64,000 bases of DNA from Flavobacteriales bacterium (GTDB taxonomy: Bacteria > Bacteroidota > Bacteroidia > Flavobacteriales > BACL11). Within the stretch, counting starts at the first letter, position 1; each line of letters opens with the position of its first letter. The notes under the pieces are model-generated. The model was not told where the DNA came from, made no database searches, and was given only the letters and a program-made list of their open reading frames with translations. Shown here in pieces: positions 9,165 to 15,944 of the stretch. The stretch lies in NCBI GenBank assembly GCA_947502765.1, contig CANNBA010000003.1:50236-114235 (forward strand), written 5' to 3'. A program made the position numbers and the translations under genes.

Positions 9165-9620
9165 TTATAATAAAAATGACTGAATTTGAGCTAACTGAGG
9201 TTTATTTAATTTGGGGGGGGGGATGTCAGTTTGATACTGATTTGCTATTAAGTTAGAAGCAAAATTATGATTTGAAACAGTATAAAATAAGGGAACTTCT
9301 AAAAGTAAAAAGTTGAAATTGACAATAGCAAAAGTAGTTTCAAAATCAAATTGAATATTTACGGTTTCACCTGCACAAGAATTGTCTTTTGTTTGAGGAC
9401 AACATGATTCTTTGATTTCTTTTTTCTTGCAACAGGATATTTTTTCCACATCCATTGCGCAAGATGTTACTTGCTTTTCCATGCAATTAGGAACTTCAGT
9501 ACCTAGATATAAAGACCCATCTTTGGAGCACTTCATTTTGGAAATACTAACCCCCATAGATAAAAATACAACGAGTGTTGAGAGTACAACTAAAGATATA
9601 TTTCTAAGAAAAAGTTTCAT
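9165..9620 (-). CDS. N-terminally anchored Cys-rich protein (resembles the 'HYC_CC_PP' family as I recall it)
   Basis: One N-terminal TM segment. Eight Cys are arranged as KMKC..PNC..SC..SCC..SCC..SC, and a PPP motif lies near the C-terminus. It sits directly upstream of the TonB-dependent receptor. Confidence 0.55.
   Translation of the reverse strand: MKLFLRNISLVVLSTLVVFLSMGVSISKMKCSKDGSLYLGTEVPNCMEKQVTSCAMDVEKISCCKKKEIKESCCPQTKDNSCAGETVNIQFDFETTFAIVNFNFLLLEVPLFYTVSNHNFASNLIANQYQTDIPPPKLNKPQLAQIQSFLL
9213..9222. repeat. G10 (C10 on coding strand) homopolymer inside the Cys-rich protein gene
   Basis: Ten consecutive G were counted in the sequence. On the minus strand they read ATC CCC CCC CCC = IPPP. 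Confidence 0.9.
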
Positions 9621-9667
9621 TGCAATGGCAAATGTACAATTTATTTAATAAAAAACCTAAACGCTTC

Positions 9668-10159
9668 TTATTCTCTTGATTTGATAATAGTTAAAACATA
9701 TAAAACTCCAAAAAATCCACATAATAGAATTGAAATAGCTCCAAATCCATACTGATCTTTACCACTCCATGAAGTAGGCTCAAGCAAAAAACCTTCACCT
9801 TTGGTTGAAATATACCAAACAAGATAAGATGACATTCCACTCATTAAAGCTATCATAATTGAGATCCAAATCTTAACATGTCTGCTTAGAGTTTTTCCAG
9901 TCCCATAATATTCTAGAATCTCCTTTCCAAAATAATTATTAGTTAATGACCATCTAAATAATCTTTTATTTGATAAAGAGAATAAGAATGCCGCAGGAAC
10001 TGCCCAAGAAATTGTAGGCCATCCTGGAATCCATATGCCTATTATTGCAAAAACTACACATAAGAATCCCAATCCGGCATATAGTCTTCTCTTGAAAGGA
10101 TTTTTTACTACAGAATATTTCTCTACAATATCATCAACTTCTGTTAAACGCTTATTCAT
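9668..10159 (-). CDS. DUF454/YbaN-like inner-membrane protein
   Basis: 163 aa with multiple TM segments. The motif LGFLCVVFAIIGIWIPGWPT is typical of the YbaN family. Confidence 0.6.
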   Translation of the reverse strand: MNKRLTEVDDIVEKYSVVKNPFKRRLYAGLGFLCVVFAIIGIWIPGWPTISWAVPAAFLFSLSNKRLFRWSLTNNYFGKEILEYYGTGKTLSRHVKIWISIMIALMSGMSSYLVWYISTKGEGFLLEPTSWSGKDQYGFGAISILLCGFFGVLYVLTIIKSRE

Positions 10160-10173
10160 ATTAGCTAATGTGA

Positions 10174-11385
10174 TTAAAAAGAAAGTATGGTTTTTTTAAT
10201 GATTGATATGCATTCTCGCAATTGCTCCTCTGTAATAACTAAGGGTGGGGCAAAACGAATAATATCGCCATGAGTTGGTTTAGCAAGTAATCCGTTATCT
10301 CTTAATTTTAAGCAAACATCCCAAGCTTCAAATCCATTTTTTGGTTTTATAACTATTGCATTTAACAAGCCCTTTCCTCTTACTAAAGTAATCATATCCG
10401 AATCAATAGCTTTTAATTCTTCTCTTAATATCTTCCCAAGTCGGTGTGCATTTTCAGCTAGTTTTTCTTCTTTAACTACCTCAAGAGCGGCAATGGCTAC
10501 TGTATTAGCCAATGGATTTCCTCCAAAAGTAGAGCCGTGTTCTCCTGGGCGAATGCACAACATAATTTCATCATTGGCAAGAACGGCTGAAACTGGAAAT
10601 ACACCTCCTGAGATTGCTTTTCCTAAAATAAGAATATCAGGTTTTACATCTTCATGATCTACAGCTAATAATTTACCAGTACGAGCAATTCCTGTTTGGA
10701 TCTCATCTGCAATAAATAAAACGCCTGCCTTTTGACACAATGCTTTTGCTCCTTTTAAATAACCATCATCCGGGACAAAAACACCTGCCTCACCTTGAAT
10801 GGGTTCTACCAAAAATCCTGCAATAGTACCATCTTTTAATGCTTCCTTTAAAGCGGCTAAATCATTATAAGGAATAATGACAAAACCTGGAGTATATGGC
10901 CCAAATTCATTTCTAGACTGGGAATCATTACTAAAAGAGATAATAGTTGTAGTACGGCCATGAAAATTGCCATCACATACAATAATTTTTGCTGTTTGTG
11001 GAGCTAGTTTTTTCTTTTGATAAGCCCATTTTCTACAGAGTTTAAGTGCTGTTTCCACAGCCTCAGCACCGCTATTCATTGGAAGAACCTTATCAAAGCC
11101 AAAATAAGTGGTAATGTACTTTTCGTACTCTCCTAAAGTATTGTTATAAAAAGCTCTGGAAGTTAGGGTTAAAGTATCGGCCTGTTTTTTAAGAGCATCT
11201 ATTATTTTTGGATGACAATGACCTTGATTTACTGCAGAGTAAGAAGATAAAAAATCATAATATTTTTTCCCCTCAACATCCCAAACAAAAACCCCCTCAC
11301 CTTTTGCAAGAACTACTGGCAATGGATGGTAATTATGAGCTCCATACTTATCCTCTAGTTCAATATAATCGGCTGATGACTTCAT
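10174..11385 (-). CDS. rocD: Ornithine--oxo-acid aminotransferase (class III PLP aminotransferase)
   Basis: [55 protein letters not shown], and PLP-Lys context [11 protein letters not shown]. Confidence 0.88.
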   Translation of the reverse strand: MKSSADYIELEDKYGAHNYHPLPVVLAKGEGVFVWDVEGKKYYDFLSSYSAVNQGHCHPKIIDALKKQADTLTLTSRAFYNNTLGEYEKYITTYFGFDKVLPMNSGAEAVETALKLCRKWAYQKKKLAPQTAKIIVCDGNFHGRTTTIISFSNDSQSRNEFGPYTPGFVIIPYNDLAALKEALKDGTIAGFLVEPIQGEAGVFVPDDGYLKGAKALCQKAGVLFIADEIQTGIARTGKLLAVDHEDVKPDILILGKAISGGVFPVSAVLANDEIMLCIRPGEHGSTFGGNPLANTVAIAALEVVKEEKLAENAHRLGKILREELKAIDSDMITLVRGKGLLNAIVIKPKNGFEAWDVCLKLRDNGLLAKPTHGDIIRFAPPLVITEEQLRECISIIKKTILSF

Positions 11386-11436
11386 TTACTAATTTTTTAG
11401 ACGGTGCAAAGATAGTAGAATTAATACGTAAAAAGC

Positions 11437-11444
11437 TACTTTTG
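11437..11444 (+). promoter_or_regulatory. Candidate -7 promoter box (TACTTTTG), 4 nt upstream of ATG 11449
   Basis: Exact TAnnTTTG match. The spacing implies a leaderless rlmD transcript. Confidence 0.4.
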
Positions 11445-11448
11445 CGAG

Positions 11449-12861
11449 ATGGAAAAACAAAACAAAAGCAAGCAAGTATTGATTGAAAATATTGAAATAA
11501 TTGATACGGCAACTAAAGGGAAATCGGTGGCAAAGCAAGATGGAAGAGCCATTTTTGTTCAAGGAGGTGTTCCTGGAGATATTTGCGACATTAGAGTTTT
11601 TAAAAAGCAAAAAAAATTCTGGGAAGCTCGGCTAGAAAAAATACATACTTATTCTGATAAAAGAACAGCGCCCAAATGCGAACATTTTGGAGTGTGTGGG
11701 GGTTGTAAATGGCAAAATATGAAGTACTCCTCTCAATTGGAATTTAAGCAACATGAAGTACTCAATAATTTAAAACGAATTGGGGGTATAGCCCTTGCAA
11801 AACATAGTGAAATTATAGGAAGTGAAAAGCAATATTTTTACAGAAATAAACTGGAATTTTCTTTTTCCAATAAAAGATGGCTAACTGTGGAGGAAATTGG
11901 GTCGGAAGAAGCTATTGCTGATAAAGATGCTTTAGGATTCCATGTTCCTGGGATGTTTGATAAAGTAATTAATTTGAACAATTGCTACTTGCAAAAAGAT
12001 CCTTCAAATGCCATTCGCTTAGCGGTAAAGCAATTTGCCGACAAACACAAACTGACTTATTTTGACATCAGAAGTCAAAAAGGTTTGCTGCGCAACTTAA
12101 TGATACGAACTAGCTCAACAAATGATTTGATGGTGCTGGTGCAATTTTTTGAAGCGGATAAAAAAAGTATCCATTTACTAATGGAGCACCTTAAAACAAC
12201 ATTTCCAGAGATTACTTCACTGCTTTACATCATTAACCAAAAAGCAAACAACACTATGTACGACCAAGAAGTAGTTTGCTATAGTGGCAAAGACCATATT
12301 GTGGAAGAAATGGATGGGCTTTACTTTAAAATTGGCGCCATTTCTTTTTTCCAAACCAATAGCGAGCAGGCAAAAGTATTGTACCGCAAAACCAAGGAAT
12401 TGGCTCGAATTAAACCAAATGAGCTAGTATATGATTTGTACACAGGAACAGGAACTATTGCTCAATATGTAGCGCAATCAGCAGCAAAAGTAGTGGGTAT
12501 TGATTCGGTGGAAGAAGGCATAAAAGCAGCCTGTGAAAATGCCAAGAGAAACGGAATAACTAATTGCACTTTTTACACCGGTGATATGAAAGCTATTTTC
12601 ACAGATGACTTCATTTTAAAAAATGGGACGCCTGATGTAATAATTACCGACCCTCCAAGAGATGGGATGCACAAGCAAGTAATGGAACAACTACTAAAAA
12701 TTGGAGCCAAAAGAATTGTATATGTAAGTTGTAATTCGGCAACCCAGGCCCGCGACCTAGCTTTACTGGCAGAGAAGTATGAAGTTACACATATACAGCC
12801 GATTGATATGTTCCCTCAAACCCATCATGTTGAAAATATTGTTGTTTTAGAATTAAAATAA
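11449..12861 (+). CDS. rlmD: 23S rRNA (uracil-5-)-methyltransferase RlmD/RumA
   Basis: N-terminal TRAM-like domain. Fe-S Cys cluster CEHFGVCGGCKWQ. SAM motif DLYTGTGTIA. Catalytic DPPRDG and C-terminal VSCN. Confidence 0.9.
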   Translation: MEKQNKSKQVLIENIEIIDTATKGKSVAKQDGRAIFVQGGVPGDICDIRVFKKQKKFWEARLEKIHTYSDKRTAPKCEHFGVCGGCKWQNMKYSSQLEFKQHEVLNNLKRIGGIALAKHSEIIGSEKQYFYRNKLEFSFSNKRWLTVEEIGSEEAIADKDALGFHVPGMFDKVINLNNCYLQKDPSNAIRLAVKQFADKHKLTYFDIRSQKGLLRNLMIRTSSTNDLMVLVQFFEADKKSIHLLMEHLKTTFPEITSLLYIINQKANNTMYDQEVVCYSGKDHIVEEMDGLYFKIGAISFFQTNSEQAKVLYRKTKELARIKPNELVYDLYTGTGTIAQYVAQSAAKVVGIDSVEEGIKAACENAKRNGITNCTFYTGDMKAIFTDDFILKNGTPDVIITDPPRDGMHKQVMEQLLKIGAKRIVYVSCNSATQARDLALLAEKYEVTHIQPIDMFPQTHHVENIVVLELK

Positions 12862-12894
12862 TTCGTAAGTTTGAAGACTTTAAAACAATAGATT

Positions 12895-13470
12895 ATGAAA
12901 AAAACACTACTTGTATTACTTGCTTTGCCGCTTCTTTTTTCTAATTGTAAGAAGGAAGATTCCTCCAAACAAACTAGTCCTACTATTTATAATGAATGGC
13001 AACTTACAATTCAAACCACCTCTCTTTCACACGGAGATATTTATACTGCTGGTCAGTTTATAGATAGTTTAACTGGAACTATATATAATGGACAGTTAAA
13101 CTCTTTAGGTTCAGGTGCAATTTTGGTAAGTAACGATACTGTTTTTCCAGGTTTATCCACAAGCTACTCTTCAAGAACCTGGATTATTGATCAGAATCAG
13201 ATTATTATAGATACTTATTATAATGGGAATGGATTCCCTTATAATATATTACAGCATAATTTTGCTATATATTATGATACATTAGTTGTTAATTTTCAGT
13301 CTGGTGGTATAACTAAATTTATAATTAATGAATTAACCTCTGATCATCTTCATATTACTTCACTAGCTGATACAAGCTACTCGCCGCTATTTGATTCCAA
13401 TGGTATTTATCAAGATACTCTTTTTATGAATCTTAATTCTGATAAATATTTCTTTGATAAAATACAATAG
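12895..13470 (+). CDS. Hypothetical lipoprotein
   Basis: Lipobox LLFSNC after the signal peptide. No recognisable catalytic motif. A TAAGTTTG -7-like box lies at 12866-12873. Confidence 0.55.
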   Translation: MKKTLLVLLALPLLFSNCKKEDSSKQTSPTIYNEWQLTIQTTSLSHGDIYTAGQFIDSLTGTIYNGQLNSLGSGAILVSNDTVFPGLSTSYSSRTWIIDQNQIIIDTYYNGNGFPYNILQHNFAIYYDTLVVNFQSGGITKFIINELTSDHLHITSLADTSYSPLFDSNGIYQDTLFMNLNSDKYFFDKIQ

Positions 13471-13503
13471 TAATTTTATTTAATAAAAAACAATAGCTAA
13501 ACA

Positions 13504-13623
13504 ATGAAGGATATTTGGGAGAAACTAAAAGAATTGTATGATTTAAATCCAACTCTTTTTGGGATTCTGCTTTTTATTGATTTAGCCATACTCTATTTTA
13601 TCATCCAATATTTTATTAGCTGA
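13504..13623 (+). CDS. Possible 39-aa small membrane protein (not in ORF track)
   Basis: ATG...TGA ORF that I translated by hand: MKDIWEKLKELYDLNPTLFGILLFIDLAILYFIIQYFIS. It has a hydrophobic C-terminal half. Its stop overlaps the next gene's ATG (TGATG). Confidence 0.3.
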   Translation: MKDIWEKLKELYDLNPTLFGILLFIDLAILYFIIQYFIS

Positions 13624-14243
13624 TGCTTTTACACATTCATCCGGATAATCCAGAACCTAGACAAATAAAAAAAATAGTGGAATGTCTTAAAGATGGTGGG
13701 GTAATTATTTACCCTACCGATACTGTTTATGCCCTTGGCTGTGATGTGTATCATAAAAAAGCCATGGAAAAATTATGCCAGATTAAAGGTGTGGATATCC
13801 AAAAACACAACCTCTCTTTTGTGTGTTATGATTTAAGCCACATAGCAGATTTTACCAAGCATTTAGATACTGCCACTTACAAATTGATGAAAAAAGTATT
13901 GCCAGGACCTTATACCTTTATCCTAAATGCAAATACCAGTATTCCAAAACTATTTAAAAACAAAAAGCATGAAATTGGTATTAGAATCCCCGATAATAAC
14001 ATACCCCGAGAAATAGTGAAAGAACTGGGCAATCCTATTGTTACTACATCAGTTAAAGATGATGATATGGTAATTGAATACAGCACCGATCCTGAACTCA
14101 TTCACGAGTATTTTGGCCACAAAGTTGATTTGGTTATCTCGGGGGGCTATGGCGAAAGCACTCCATCAACTATTATAAAATGTACTGATGGTTTTGCTCA
14201 AATAATAAGAAAAGGGAAAGGAGATACTAGCTTATTTGAGTAA
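13623..14243 (+). CDS. YrdC/Sua5-family L-threonylcarbamoyladenylate synthase-like protein
   Basis: 206 aa. GGVIIYPTDTVYALGCD, LPGPYTFIL, IGIRIPDN and STIIK are typical of the single-domain YrdC/YciO fold. Confidence 0.8.
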   Translation: MLLHIHPDNPEPRQIKKIVECLKDGGVIIYPTDTVYALGCDVYHKKAMEKLCQIKGVDIQKHNLSFVCYDLSHIADFTKHLDTATYKLMKKVLPGPYTFILNANTSIPKLFKNKKHEIGIRIPDNNIPREIVKELGNPIVTTSVKDDDMVIEYSTDPELIHEYFGHKVDLVISGGYGESTPSTIIKCTDGFAQIIRKGKGDTSLFE

Positions 14244-14820
14244 TAATCTTAATAATTTGAGGCAGGATTAATTCCTTGCCATCATTTACAATTACAAAAT
14301 CAGATAATCGCTCTTTTTCAAGGGCTGACATTTGGCTTTCTATTCTAGCAATAACCGATTCTTTTAAAATATTGTCTCGCTTTATTACTCTCTGAATTCT
14401 AATTTCTTCAGGGGCTGAAACGCATATCACTTTATCAAGCCCTAGATAAGAATTGCTTTCGAACAAAATAGCAGCTTCTTTAATTACAACACTGGAAGTT
14501 TGAGTTTGACACCAATTTTCAAAATTTTGTTTTACCACTGGATGTACTAAGAGATTCAGCTTTGCTAACTTTTGCTTATCATTAAAAACAATTTCTGCTA
14601 AAATTTTATTTTCAAGCAAGCCATTTTTATAAACTTTAGCACCAAATACATTTTGAATTTCTTGCTTTAGAAGCTCATTTTCAGCCATGCATTTTTTGGC
14701 TTCAATATCTGCATTAAAAACGGGAATACCCAGTTTGGTAAAAACAGCACCGACAAAAGTTTTACCAGAGCCAATACCACCTGTAAGGCCTACTTTTATT
14801 TGTTGTTTTTCTCTTGGCAT
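14227..14820 (-). CDS. coaE: Dephospho-CoA kinase
   Basis: P-loop VGLTGGIGSGKT. The length and downstream pattern are typical of CoaE. Confidence 0.88.
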   Translation of the reverse strand: MPREKQQIKVGLTGGIGSGKTFVGAVFTKLGIPVFNADIEAKKCMAENELLKQEIQNVFGAKVYKNGLLENKILAEIVFNDKQKLAKLNLLVHPVVKQNFENWCQTQTSSVVIKEAAILFESNSYLGLDKVICVSAPEEIRIQRVIKRDNILKESVIARIESQMSALEKERLSDFVIVNDGKELILPQIIKIITQIS

Positions 14821-15944
14821 AGACTTTGATAAATAGCATTGTATTTTGGCAATACATTTTTAAGTGCAAAAGAATTAGCATGGGCTAAAGCATTTATTTT
14901 AAAACTTTCCAAGAGCTGAGGATTTTTTAATAATGTAATCGTATCCTTTGCCATTTTATCTACATCACCAACATTTGATAAAAAGCCTGTTTTGCCATCA
15001 ATATTTACTTCTGAAATACCACCACTATTTGTTGAAATAACTGCAGTTTTACTTGCCATGGCCTCCAGTGCAACCAAACCAAAACTTTCTGTTTCAGAAG
15101 GCAATACAAAAACATCAGAAATCGCAAGCATTTTCTCAATAACTCTAAGTTTTCCTAAAAATTTTACTTTGGTATCCAATCCTAATTCTCTACAAAGTTC
15201 CTCTGCCTTTATTCTTTCAGGCCCATCGCCAATCATAAGTAGCTTAGAAGGAATCTCTTTATTCACTTTTTCAAATATTTTAACTACATCCCCTACTCTT
15301 TTTACCGTTCGAAAATTAGAAATATGAGTGATGATAAATTCTTCCTTATTAGCAAAATTACTTCTTAAATTCTCATCAACTTGCTGTTGATACAAACTCA
15401 AATCAATAAAATTTGGAATAGTTTGAATTTCCTTTTTGATATTAAAATGCTCTAGGGTTTCTCTTTTTAAATCTTCAGAAACTACAGTCACTGCATCCGA
15501 CATATTAATGGCATACTCAATAACTGGCTTAAAGGATTTGTCTTTTCCTAAAAGGGTAATATCGGTTCCGTGTAAAGTAGTAACAATAGGTAGGTCAATA
15601 CCATAAGTTGCTAAAATTTGCTTGGCATTTACAGCAGCTGAAGCATGAGGGATTGCATAATGAACATGCAAAATATTCAATTTCTCGTGCATTGCAACAT
15701 CCACTAGTTTAGAAGTCAGGTTGAGCTCATAAGGAGCGTATTCAAAAAGAGGATAATCCAGTACAGTTACCTCATGATAATAAATTCTCTCTGAAAATAC
15801 ATCCAAACGAAATGGCTGGTCGTAAGAAATGAAATGGACTTCATGCCCCTGCTCAGAAAGTGCAATTCCAAGTTCAGTGGCAACCACCCCGCTCCCACCA
15901 TAAGTAGGATAACACACAATACCAATTTTTAATTTAGTTTTCAT
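14796..15944 (-). CDS. bshA: GT4 glycosyltransferase, BshA-like (N-acetyl-alpha-D-glucosaminyl L-malate synthase)
   Basis: N-terminus KIGIVCYPTYGGSGVVATELG and C-terminal PSETESFGLVALEAMA (GT4 E-x7-E) closely resemble BshA. Confidence 0.75.
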   Translation of the reverse strand: MKTKLKIGIVCYPTYGGSGVVATELGIALSEQGHEVHFISYDQPFRLDVFSERIYYHEVTVLDYPLFEYAPYELNLTSKLVDVAMHEKLNILHVHYAIPHASAAVNAKQILATYGIDLPIVTTLHGTDITLLGKDKSFKPVIEYAINMSDAVTVVSEDLKRETLEHFNIKKEIQTIPNFIDLSLYQQQVDENLRSNFANKEEFIITHISNFRTVKRVGDVVKIFEKVNKEIPSKLLMIGDGPERIKAEELCRELGLDTKVKFLGKLRVIEKMLAISDVFVLPSETESFGLVALEAMASKTAVISTNSGGISEVNIDGKTGFLSNVGDVDKMAKDTITLLKNPQLLESFKINALAHANSFALKNVLPKYNAIYQSLCQEKNNK

